Positions 10,476 to 19,210 of a DNA stretch of 64,000 nucleotides are shown piece after piece (position 1 is the first letter of the stretch; each line of letters opens with the position of its first letter). Origin of the DNA: an uncultured virus (IMG/VR IMGVR_UViG_3300028805_000002). Taxonomy: Duplodnaviria; Heunggongvirae; Uroviricota; Caudoviricetes. The notes beneath the pieces were generated by a model that saw nothing but the letters and a program-made list of their open reading frames with translations, did not search any database and had not been told where the DNA came from. The position numbers were made by a program, and so were the translations under genes. Location: IMG/VR virus record IMGVR_UViG_3300028805_000002. The stretch is one strand, 5' to 3'.

Positions 10476-10928
10476 ATGGCTGAATATCTTGCTAATGCAG
10501 TACAGAATGTGGCAGTTAATGCCCCTGTAATCTTTTCGGCATCTATACCTTGCACTCGTGGTTGTGTTTATCACGAGGACGAAACAGGTGTTTTTATTCT
10601 CCGTGGTATCACTAATAATTGTTTTGCTCGTTATCAAGTTATATTCAACGGTAATGTTGCAATACCCGAAGGCGGTGACATTACTCCTATCGCTATCGCA
10701 GTTACAGTTCAGGGTGAACAGCGCCTTACGAGTAGAGCAATTTATACTCCGCAAGCCGTTGACGAGTATGGTAATCTGACCAGTACGGCAATTATTACAG
10801 TTCCTAAGGGTTGTTGTATGACTGTTGCAGTTGAGTATGTTGACGCAACTACTGATGACCCGACAGTAACACCCACACCGCTTATTGAGGTTCAAAATGC
10901 TAACCTCACCATTACACGTATTGCGTGA
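10476..10928 (+). CDS. Beta-sandwich protein, BclA C-terminal-like
   Basis: HEDETGVFILRG...YQVIFNGNVA...VQNANLTITRIA pattern; RBS GAGGTGA. Confidence 0.5.
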   Translation: MAEYLANAVQNVAVNAPVIFSASIPCTRGCVYHEDETGVFILRGITNNCFARYQVIFNGNVAIPEGGDITPIAIAVTVQGEQRLTSRAIYTPQAVDEYGNLTSTAIITVPKGCCMTVAVEYVDATTDDPTVTPTPLIEVQNANLTITRIA

Positions 10929-10941
10929 GAAAGGAGAAAGT

Positions 10942-11418
10942 ATGAAAGTATTATATGAAATACAGGATATACTCGAAGATGAACTTAAAAAGATTTGTAA
11001 GAAAGAAGAAATCTCCTCGACAGACCTCGAAAACATCTATAAGATGGTCGACATTGTTAAGGACGTCACAACCGTCGATGCTATGCACAAGGCAGAGCAA
11101 GAAGGGTACTCAAGAGATTACGCAAGAGATTATTCGAGAGGCTATTCAGACGATTACGCCAACGCTTATGGTTCTTATAACTCTTATGCTCGCAGAGGGC
11201 GTGATGGTGACGGCGATGGAAGATATAGCGAAGATGGTTCTTATCGTAGAGGCCGTGACGCTATGGGTCGCTTTACTAGTCGTGACAGTTCATACGACGG
11301 TTATAGCCGACATAGTAAAGACGAGATGATTGAGCACCTCACAGAGATGATGCACAACGCTCGTAATGAGGACGAAAGAGAAAGTTATCGTAAAGCGATT
11401 GAACAGATGAAAAGATGA
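10942..11418 (+). CDS. Hypothetical protein with Tyr/Ser/Arg/Gly/Asp low-complexity core
   Basis: YSRDYARDYSRGYS and RRGRD repeats; RBS AAGGAG. Confidence 0.65.
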   Translation: MKVLYEIQDILEDELKKICKKEEISSTDLENIYKMVDIVKDVTTVDAMHKAEQEGYSRDYARDYSRGYSDDYANAYGSYNSYARRGRDGDGDGRYSEDGSYRRGRDAMGRFTSRDSSYDGYSRHSKDEMIEHLTEMMHNARNEDERESYRKAIEQMKR

Positions 11419-11474
11419 TGTTATAATAAATTATTAGAACATTCTTTGTTATTGTTCTGTCTTTCTTTTGGGAG

Positions 11475-11508
11475 AGTAGCGAGAGGAGAGGCTCGCTACT
11501 TTTCTTTT
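11475..11508 (+). terminator. Rho-independent terminator
   Basis: AGTAGCGAG/CTCGCTACT stem and T tract. Confidence 0.75.
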
Positions 11509-11521
11509 GCATAAATTTTTG

Positions 11522-11550
11522 TTGACTTACGCTCAATCGTTTAGTATAAT
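11522..11550 (+). promoter_or_regulatory. SigA-type promoter with ATCGTTTAG spacer motif
   Basis: TTGACT-17nt-TATAAT. Confidence 0.8.
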
Positions 11551-11596
11551 GTTCGTAGTTATGTAGCAAAGTACACTGAAAGAGAGCGAAAACTAG

Positions 11597-13324
11597 ATGA
11601 TAAACATTGAAATCAAAACGAGCAAACAATGTAATGGAGAATACTCATTGTTCGTGTCTTTTAATTATGATGAAACTGTTATAAGTATTATAAAGTCATT
11701 TCCTACTCGGTCTTACGACAAGACAAATAAAACGTGGGAACTTCCGTTTAATCAACTTGGAAATCTTGTAAACAGTCTGTCCGAGTACGACATTACTATT
11801 ACAGGAAAATACATAAAACTTGAAACGCACGAAAAACAGATACCAAATGATTTTAAGTTCAAAACAAAACCCTTTGAGCATCAACTTGAGGGTATTAGGT
11901 ATGGACTTAATCACGACAAGTGGTTGTTAGGCGATGAACAAGGACTTGGAAAGACAAAACAAGTAATTGATATTGCTAACATTAAAAAGGTAAAGCACTG
12001 TCTCATTGTTTGTTGTGTAAATGGTCTTAAATGGAACTGGCAGAATGAGGTTCGCACGCACTCTAACGAAGATGCGTGGATATTAGGACAGCGCACAAAT
12101 CGTAACAACAAGGTTGTTATAGGCGATAATCCAGACAGATTAGACGATTTAATGCACATAGATGAACTGCCAAGATTTATTATAACTAACATTGAAACCC
12201 TGCGATACAAAGTAAAAACAGGAAGAAAGATACAAGTAAAAGTCAAAGGTAAACTTAAAGAGGTCGATGAATATCGTTACCCTATTACAGAGAGATTACA
12301 AGAACTCTGTTCTATGGGCGAGATTGTAATGATTGCGGCAGACGAGGTTCACAAGTGTAAAAATCCAGAGGCTGACCAGACAGAGCAATTACTTAAACTG
12401 CACACATCAACACAGATTGCGATGACGGGTACTCCGCTTATGAACGCACCTATTGATTTGTATGCGCTACTCAACTGGCTTGGATATGAGAAACACACTT
12501 TCTGGCAGTTTAAAAATCACTATGGCAGACTCGGTGGATTTAACGGAACACAGGTTGTCGGCTATAAGAATTTAGACGAACTCACGGATATGCTTGACAC
12601 AATGATGTTGCGCAGACTTAAAGAGGACGTATTAGACTTGCCTGAGAAGACACGTATAAATGTCTATCTTGATATGGGCAAAGAGCAGACAGAGATATAT
12701 AACGGAGAATACAAGAGTATTGACGCTACTAAAATCAGGATGTCAAACAATCCTCTTGCTGAACTCATTAGACTGCGACAAGCGACAGGCAACCCTAGTA
12801 TCTTGTGTCCGTCTATAAAAGAGAATGTAAAGTTTGACCGACTTGACGCAGATGTAGAAGATGCTGTGGCAAACGGAAGAAAGGTAATAATCTTCTCTAA
12901 TTGGACACAGGTTGTAAATCCTGCGTTTGCACGTTTGTCAAAGAAGTATAAAGGTGTAATGATTACAGGTGATACAAAAGATAACGAAAGACAGGCTAAT
13001 GTAGAGGCATTTCAGAATGACCCAAATGTGCATTTCATAATTGGCACTATTGGTGCTATGGGAACTGGTCTCACGTTAACGGCAGGCTCTCTTTTGATAT
13101 TCTTAGACGAGCCGTGGAATATGGCACTAAAAGAACAAGCGGAAGATAGAGGACACAGAATTGGTCAGACCAACAGATTAACAGTTCTAACTTATCTATG
13201 TAAAAACACGATTGATGAACGCATAAATAGTCTTGTTGAGAGAAAGGGACAGATAGCAGACATTATAGTTGACGGCACAGCCGAAGGAGATAAAAACGCT
13301 TTAATTAACTACTTGCTATCGTAA
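11597..13324 (+). CDS. SNF2-family helicase/ATPase
   Basis: DEQGLGKT, DEVH, MTGTP, MLRRLK, QAEDRGHRIGQ. Confidence 0.92.
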   Translation: MINIEIKTSKQCNGEYSLFVSFNYDETVISIIKSFPTRSYDKTNKTWELPFNQLGNLVNSLSEYDITITGKYIKLETHEKQIPNDFKFKTKPFEHQLEGIRYGLNHDKWLLGDEQGLGKTKQVIDIANIKKVKHCLIVCCVNGLKWNWQNEVRTHSNEDAWILGQRTNRNNKVVIGDNPDRLDDLMHIDELPRFIITNIETLRYKVKTGRKIQVKVKGKLKEVDEYRYPITERLQELCSMGEIVMIAADEVHKCKNPEADQTEQLLKLHTSTQIAMTGTPLMNAPIDLYALLNWLGYEKHTFWQFKNHYGRLGGFNGTQVVGYKNLDELTDMLDTMMLRRLKEDVLDLPEKTRINVYLDMGKEQTEIYNGEYKSIDATKIRMSNNPLAELIRLRQATGNPSILCPSIKENVKFDRLDADVEDAVANGRKVIIFSNWTQVVNPAFARLSKKYKGVMITGDTKDNERQANVEAFQNDPNVHFIIGTIGAMGTGLTLTAGSLLIFLDEPWNMALKEQAEDRGHRIGQTNRLTVLTYLCKNTIDERINSLVERKGQIADIIVDGTAEGDKNALINYLLS

Positions 13325-13376
13325 ATAACATATATTATAATGTTTATAGTTTAATAAATGAAAGAAAGGAGACAAG

Positions 13377-13643
13377 ATGGGACTTACGCTTTTAAGAATT
13401 GAAGAAGTTGCCCTGCTTTGTGGCGTTTCTGTTCAGTCAATAAATAACTGGTACAAGTTTAAGCGAGAAAATCCTGATAACGAGTATGCAAGACTGTTGC
13501 CTGAATACACTACGCTTGAAGGCAGTAGACAAAGACAGTGGAACAAAGCGGACATCAGTGCTCTTATTGAGTTTAAGCAAAAAATGCCTAAAGGATGTAA
13601 GGGAGTTATGGGGTCTGTAACACAACGATACGTAAAAAAGTGA
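13377..13643 (+). CDS. HTH DNA-binding protein
   Basis: IEEVALLCGVSVQSINNWY HTH. Confidence 0.7.
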   Translation: MGLTLLRIEEVALLCGVSVQSINNWYKFKRENPDNEYARLLPEYTTLEGSRQRQWNKADISALIEFKQKMPKGCKGVMGSVTQRYVKK

Positions 13644-13652
13644 GGTGATAAA

Positions 13653-14072
13653 ATGTCAGAAGAAGAAAGACAGGCTAAATATAATGAACTTGTATTACAA
13701 GCCACTGATTACGCTTACAACAAATCAATAGAGGGCGGATTAAAAAAGAAACTGGATAGTGCTAACACGGCTGTTAAGGCTCTTATGGAACTGTTGCAGT
13801 TAGACGAAGTTAAAACTCAAGATGGCGCAACTGTGTGTTACAGTGTAACAACTCAGGAGAGTTTGGATGAAGAACAACTGATTATGCTATTACATAATGT
13901 TGCACCGACTACGCGCTGTATCAAAACAAAAGAATATATTGATATGGATATTCTTGAGAGTGAACTCTATCACGGAGAACTGTCAGAGGAAGCATTAAAC
14001 GCGATTGCGAGTTGCAGAAGAACAAAAGAAATACCGAAGTTGACTATTAAGAAAGCGAAGAAAGGAAAGTGA
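13653..14072 (+). CDS. Hypothetical protein
   Basis: RBS GAGGTGA; IKTKEYIDMDILES motif. Confidence 0.6.
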   Translation: MSEEERQAKYNELVLQATDYAYNKSIEGGLKKKLDSANTAVKALMELLQLDEVKTQDGATVCYSVTTQESLDEEQLIMLLHNVAPTTRCIKTKEYIDMDILESELYHGELSEEALNAIASCRRTKEIPKLTIKKAKKGK

Positions 14073-14073
14073 T

Positions 14074-14232
14074 ATGAATATTTACATTAGTCCTTTTGTG
14101 CTTGGTGTAATCTGCACCATTGGCTCTGAAATCATAGCGTTAATTTTAACTGTTATGTTTTTCAGTTTAAAGCATAGTCGTAAAACGCGCAGAAATGCGT
14201 CTAATTCGCAAAGGAGAGACATAGATGAATAA
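14074..14232 (+). CDS. 52-aa membrane peptide (not in ORF track)
   Basis: MNIYISPFVLGVICTIGSEIIALILTVMFF; fills the gap between genes. Confidence 0.45.
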   Translation: MNIYISPFVLGVICTIGSEIIALILTVMFFSLKHSRKTRRNASNSQRRDIDE

Positions 14233-14500
14233 AGACACTAATAACGAGAGCAACGCGCTTACAACGAAAACTAGAGCGTATAAATCTAAGGCTACTACAA
14301 CTAAGTTGGTTGCAACATCAAGAGCAAGCGTAAAAATCAATGATAATTTTTACACAGTTGAGATGTCGGAAGAACGCACTATCAATTCAACAGCAAGAGG
14401 TGTAAATCTTACACAGGAACAGCAGTTGTTATGGGATAGTGTAAACAACAGTGTTGATAACCAGATTATTGACATTAAAAATGCGTTTGCAAAACGCTAA
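14225..14500 (+). CDS. Hypothetical protein
   Basis: RBS AAGGAG; in operon. Confidence 0.6.
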   Translation: MNKDTNNESNALTTKTRAYKSKATTTKLVATSRASVKINDNFYTVEMSEERTINSTARGVNLTQEQQLLWDSVNNSVDNQIIDIKNAFAKR

Positions 14501-14515
14501 CGTGTATGCTATACT
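14487..14515 (+). promoter_or_regulatory. Promoter upstream of the initiator leader
   Basis: TTGCAA-17nt-TATACT with TG extension. Confidence 0.6.
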
Positions 14516-14675
14516 GTATTCATTCAAAAAGAGTGTAGCACTACATTCTTCTGTCGGTTATTTGGGTCAAGGAAATAACTGATACAACTAAATAACCGAC
14601 TAAACGGGCAATTAGTGTGAGTTCTTGACCAACTCAGACTAATTGCTTTTTTATTACTTATTAGGAGATACGTGT

Positions 14676-15515
14676 ATGCGATATGAAGTATTAGGATTTA
14701 ATCAAGAAAAAGTTGTTGAAGCAGGATTAGATGTAACAGACCTCTTCATCTTAAACTATATTATTCAGGCAAATGGTAATCCAACAATGGAACATATTGT
14801 TAAAGATGGTGTAGCGTATGTTTGGATTTGTCACGATACGTTCTTACAAGATTTGCCTATACTTCCTATTTCACCTGGAACATTTAGAAATATTTTATGT
14901 GACCTTAAACATAAGGGTTTAATAATGTCAGAGACTATTCGACTTGTTAAAGGTGCAAAGTCATATTACTCTGTTACCGCGCTTACGATGTCATTTTTAA
15001 ATGACGTCAGATGTCATTCTGAAATGACATCAGACAATATAACTAGTATATCATCAAATAATATTAAAACAGACACTACGGATATTACTAATAAACAACA
15101 AGAATTATTTAATACTAATAAAGAAGATACATATAAGGAAAAAATCGACCGCTTTGTTGAGGAGTACAACTCTACGTGTAAGTCACTTCCTAAGTGTGTG
15201 AGAATGAGTAGTAAACGTGGTAAAGGCATTCTTAATATTCTCAAGAAATTTTCAGACGAAGAGATTACTGAGGTTTTTAATAAATTAGAAGAGAGTGATT
15301 TTTGTTCTGGAAGAAGCGGTAAGTGGCGAGCAGACATTGATTTTATTTTAAGAGAAGACAAGTTCATTTCAGTTTTAGAAGGAAAATATGATAACAAGAC
15401 GCGTGGTTGTAGTGTAGAGACAATCTCTAGTACAGGTCCGAAATATCGTGTTTCAGCAGAAGAAAAAGAAGAAATGAGAAAGGCGGTAGAACGTGGAGAA
15501 CTCAAGGAATACTGA
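14676..15515 (+). CDS. Replication initiator (N-terminal wHTH, low-complexity linker)
   Basis: Precedes a DnaC-like loader; C-terminal WRADIDFIL...VLEGKYDN motif; ATG 14676 after AGGAGA. Confidence 0.75.
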   Translation: MRYEVLGFNQEKVVEAGLDVTDLFILNYIIQANGNPTMEHIVKDGVAYVWICHDTFLQDLPILPISPGTFRNILCDLKHKGLIMSETIRLVKGAKSYYSVTALTMSFLNDVRCHSEMTSDNITSISSNNIKTDTTDITNKQQELFNTNKEDTYKEKIDRFVEEYNSTCKSLPKCVRMSSKRGKGILNILKKFSDEEITEVFNKLEESDFCSGRSGKWRADIDFILREDKFISVLEGKYDNKTRGCSVETISSTGPKYRVSAEEKEEMRKAVERGELKEY

Positions 15516-16149
15516 TTGTTGGTACGCGAGTAACTGCACCGATGATTGTACTAGATGTGTGATATATCCACAGATGAAGTGGCAATTTGATAATAGCGGA
15601 TTGCCGAAGACTAAGTATATGCCGATACATTTAAGACCACAGCCAGGCGATGTTCGAGCATTTAATAAGTTGGCAGAAGTTCGAGAAAACATAGACGAGT
15701 TTGTTGAGCAAGGAAAGAACTTGTATATCTGCGGTGAGATGCCCGGTAACGGCAAGACTAGTTGGGCAATAAAGATGTTGCAGACATATTTTCATTATGT
15801 TGCTGAAGGAAATCTGTTTACTGTAAAAGGGATGTTTGTCTCTGTTCCAGACTTGCTCTTAAAGATGAAAGACTTTAGCAACCCATTGTCGAGTGAATAT
15901 AAGGAAAATTTAAAGTCGTGCGATTTACTTATTCTTGATGATATAGCAGTAACAGGAATATCGCAGTATGACTATCTGCAATTATTCACTTTAATTGATA
16001 GCAGAATGTTAGCGGGCAAGTCGATTATATTTACATCTAACGTAACAAGTATAAAGAAGTTAGAAGAAATTATCGGTGAGAGATTATCCAGTAGAATATT
16101 CGGTAATAGTTTAGTAGTTGAAATAAAGGGCGGTGATATGCGTGGTTGA
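15493..16149 (+). CDS. DnaC/IstB-like helicase loader ATPase
   Basis: GEMPGNGKT Walker A, LLILDD Walker B, IFTSN, RLSSRI. Confidence 0.85.
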   Translation: MENSRNTDCWYASNCTDDCTRCVIYPQMKWQFDNSGLPKTKYMPIHLRPQPGDVRAFNKLAEVRENIDEFVEQGKNLYICGEMPGNGKTSWAIKMLQTYFHYVAEGNLFTVKGMFVSVPDLLLKMKDFSNPLSSEYKENLKSCDLLILDDIAVTGISQYDYLQLFTLIDSRMLAGKSIIFTSNVTSIKKLEEIIGERLSSRIFGNSLVVEIKGGDMRG

Positions 16150-17467
16150 GTTACAGATAATTGCAAAAATTCTAAAGACAGGTAATTTTGCTCTTGTCGA
16201 AAGCAACGGTATCACTGAAGATTTTTTCAAAGGCAAGAAAGACAGTAAAGGAAAAGAAACAAAAGGATTTGTTGACGAGTACAGATTTATTAAAGACCAC
16301 GTTGAGAAATATGGAAATGTCCCTGATACAGAAACTTTCTTATCCGCTTTTCCGATATATAAAGACGGTGGATTGCCTGACGTATTCGAGAGTGACGAGT
16401 TTTTAGTTGACAAGATACGAGAGGAGCACTTATTCAGACAGGGCGCACCGATATTGCAGAGAGCCGCAGAGATATTCTTGGAAGATGCCAATGCTGGTGT
16501 TGAATATATGCTCAAAGCATTACAAGACCTGCAAGTAAACTATAATCTCGGTGGAACAGATATTATTGCGCAAGCAGACCAGAGATTGGAGCATTTAAAA
16601 GAGCGCATTGAAAATCAAGACCAGTGGTATTTCAGTAGTGGCTTTCCTGAGTTAGACACTGTTATGCACGGCATAAAGCGCGGTGAAGAACTCTTAGTAA
16701 TCTTTGCTCGTACTAATCAGGGCAAGTCCTGGGTTCTTGAGAAGATGATTGCTCACATTTGGAAACAGGGTTTTAATGTCGGCTATATATCTCCTGAGAT
16801 GGGTGCAGACAGTATCGGATATAGATTTGATACGCTGTATAAGGGTTTTTCAAATTCAAACTTGGTATGGGGCAACAAAGACACGGATGTTGACGCATAC
16901 GCACAGTATATTGATGAACTCAAAGAGCAGAAGAATAAATTTGTCGTTGCAACTCCAAAAGACTTTGGCAGAACAATAACTGTAAGCAAATTAAGACAGT
17001 GGGTTAAACAGCAGAAGTTAGAGGCGTTAGCAATAGACGGTATAACTTATCTGACTGACGAGCGAGGAAAAAGAAATGACAATAAGACAACTTCATTGAC
17101 CAACATAAGTGAAGATTTAATGTCGTTGTCTGTTGACCTCGGTATACCGATTTTAGTAGTTGTTCAGGCAAATAGAAACGGTGTAATTGATAAAGACAGC
17201 GATGGCACACCAGAACTTGAAAGTATACGAGACAGTGACGGCATATCTCATAATGCAACGAAAGTTATCTCTTTACGTCAGAAAGACGGCGGACTTGATT
17301 TGAACTTGCCGAAGAATAGAGAAGGACGCGTTAATGTTCGTTTTCGTTATTTATGGAATATTAACACTGGTGAGTTTATTTACACAGAGAACACAGACAC
17401 CGCTACACCAGAAGAGAAAGCAGAACGTAGAGAGCGAAAGAAAGCAACAGGAAAGGATATATTCTAA
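16142..17467 (+). CDS. dnaB: DnaB-like replicative helicase
   Basis: ARTNQGKS Walker A, AIDG, VQANR, DSDGISHNA. Confidence 0.85.
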   Translation: MVELQIIAKILKTGNFALVESNGITEDFFKGKKDSKGKETKGFVDEYRFIKDHVEKYGNVPDTETFLSAFPIYKDGGLPDVFESDEFLVDKIREEHLFRQGAPILQRAAEIFLEDANAGVEYMLKALQDLQVNYNLGGTDIIAQADQRLEHLKERIENQDQWYFSSGFPELDTVMHGIKRGEELLVIFARTNQGKSWVLEKMIAHIWKQGFNVGYISPEMGADSIGYRFDTLYKGFSNSNLVWGNKDTDVDAYAQYIDELKEQKNKFVVATPKDFGRTITVSKLRQWVKQQKLEALAIDGITYLTDERGKRNDNKTTSLTNISEDLMSLSVDLGIPILVVVQANRNGVIDKDSDGTPELESIRDSDGISHNATKVISLRQKDGGLDLNLPKNREGRVNVRFRYLWNINTGEFIYTENTDTATPEEKAERRERKKATGKDIF

Positions 17468-18429
17468 TGCAGATAAACGATATTATCATTGACGCTGATG
17501 TATCAGAAATCTTGACTGCGCTTAGAGAACAACTAGCCGAGCACGGAATAATGCGGTTTGAGAAGATAGTTGATAGCGGCGAAGATGTTATGGTTCAGTG
17601 TCCATATCACAAAGACGGACAAGAGCGTAGACCAAGTGCTGGCATAAGAAAGTCCGATGGTTTGCTTCATTGTCTTGCGTGTGGAGAAACACACTCATTA
17701 CCAGAAGTCATAGGTTTTTGCTTTGGTCGTGATATGTTTTTTGGCTATAACTGGCTTATGAAAAACTTTGGTGCTTTATCAGAACAAGACAGACAACCAA
17801 TAAATCTAAACTTATCAAGAACACCTAGTATATCTGTGCAGGAGTATGTGTCTGAAGATGAACTTGACAGTTATCGGTATACGCATCCTTATATGTATGA
17901 GCGAGGACTGACTGATGAAATTATTGAGATGTTTGACATAGGATATGATAAGAGTACAGACAGCATCACATTTCCAGTCAGGGATATTAAAGGCAACACA
18001 TTATTCGTTGCGCGTAGAACAATTAAGTATAAGAGTTTTAACATTCCTAAAAACGTAGATAAACCCTTATATGGTGATTACGAATTGTCACAGTTACTTC
18101 AAACAAAAGAAGGTGTTGACAAGTTTAAAGAAGTGTATGTGTGTGAGGGATTATTCGATTGTTTGAGATTATGGTGTGTAGGAAAGTATGCAGTAGCGGG
18201 GTTCGGGTGTTTGTTTAGTGATAAGCAGATAAAAGACTTATGCGAGTTACCTACACGTAAACTTATCTTTGCACTGGATAATGATAAGGCAGGAATATCT
18301 GCAACAGAGCGATTGAAGAAATTAGTCAGAGGAAAAATTATGACAACGGCAATACTTCCGTATAATCGCAAAGATATTGGTGAGTGTACCGATGACGAAC
18401 TCAAAAATTTGCGTGAAACTCTTTATTGA
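17467..18429 (+). CDS. dnaG: DNA primase (CHC2 zinc finger and TOPRIM)
   Basis: CPYH...CLAC, VCEGLFD, LDNDKAG, KDIGE. Confidence 0.9.
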   Translation: MQINDIIIDADVSEILTALREQLAEHGIMRFEKIVDSGEDVMVQCPYHKDGQERRPSAGIRKSDGLLHCLACGETHSLPEVIGFCFGRDMFFGYNWLMKNFGALSEQDRQPINLNLSRTPSISVQEYVSEDELDSYRYTHPYMYERGLTDEIIEMFDIGYDKSTDSITFPVRDIKGNTLFVARRTIKYKSFNIPKNVDKPLYGDYELSQLLQTKEGVDKFKEVYVCEGLFDCLRLWCVGKYAVAGFGCLFSDKQIKDLCELPTRKLIFALDNDKAGISATERLKKLVRGKIMTTAILPYNRKDIGECTDDELKNLRETLY

Positions 18430-18454
18430 CTTTTGTATAATCGTTTAGTATAAT
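18426..18454 (+). promoter_or_regulatory. SigA-type promoter with ATCGTTTAG spacer motif
   Basis: TTGACT-17nt-TATAAT. Confidence 0.8.
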
Positions 18455-18508
18455 GATTATGTATCAATGATACGCTAAACACAAAAACATTAAGAAAGGA
18501 AACATTTT

Positions 18509-19210
18509 ATGGGCAGACTACTTGGTGACAACATTGAACAGTTCAGCACAGGAAGTGGCGGTGGAAAGGGCAGTTATTTTTCGTTGAAGAACGATAAAGA
18601 AACTGCAAGAGTACGTTTTCTTTACGAGAGCGCAGGAGACATTGAGGGTTTCACTGTTCACAAAGTAAGAGTTGGAGACAGAGACAGATACGTTAATTGT
18701 ATTGCAGATGAAGGAGAGTGTCCGTTCTGTCGCGCAGGTCTTCAGAAGTTTGTTAAGATTTTTGTACCGCTGTTTAACGAGACAACAGGACAACTTCAGA
18801 CTTGGGAAAGAGGACAGAAGTTCTACGGCAAACTCTCTGGTTTGTGTTCAAGATACAACAATCTTACTTCTCGTGTATTTGAGATTGAGCGTAATGGCAA
18901 GCCTAAGGACACACAGACAACGTATGAGATTTATCCTGTAGGTGATGCAGACGGCACAACTCTTGATGATATTCTTGACGATTGTGGCGTTGATGAACTC
19001 GCAAATCCTCTCGGCACAATCATTCTCAACAAGACCGCAGACGATATGGAATATTATCTCAGAAACGAGGATTTTCCGAGCAAGGACGAAGCACCAGTTA
19101 GACGTAGAGGCAGAGCAGAAGAGCCTGATGATTTGCCGTTTGAAGCAGAAGAGGAAGAAAGACCGCGCAGAGAGGGCAGAACTGGTAGAGGTAGAGCCAG
19201 AGGTTTCTAA
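18509..19210 (+). CDS. Single-stranded DNA-binding protein (gp32-like)
   Basis: YFSLKND..ARVRFL, CPFC, RNG...TTYEI, acidic DDLPF tail. Confidence 0.75.
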   Translation: MGRLLGDNIEQFSTGSGGGKGSYFSLKNDKETARVRFLYESAGDIEGFTVHKVRVGDRDRYVNCIADEGECPFCRAGLQKFVKIFVPLFNETTGQLQTWERGQKFYGKLSGLCSRYNNLTSRVFEIERNGKPKDTQTTYEIYPVGDADGTTLDDILDDCGVDELANPLGTIILNKTADDMEYYLRNEDFPSKDEAPVRRRGRAEEPDDLPFEAEEEERPRREGRTGRGRARGF

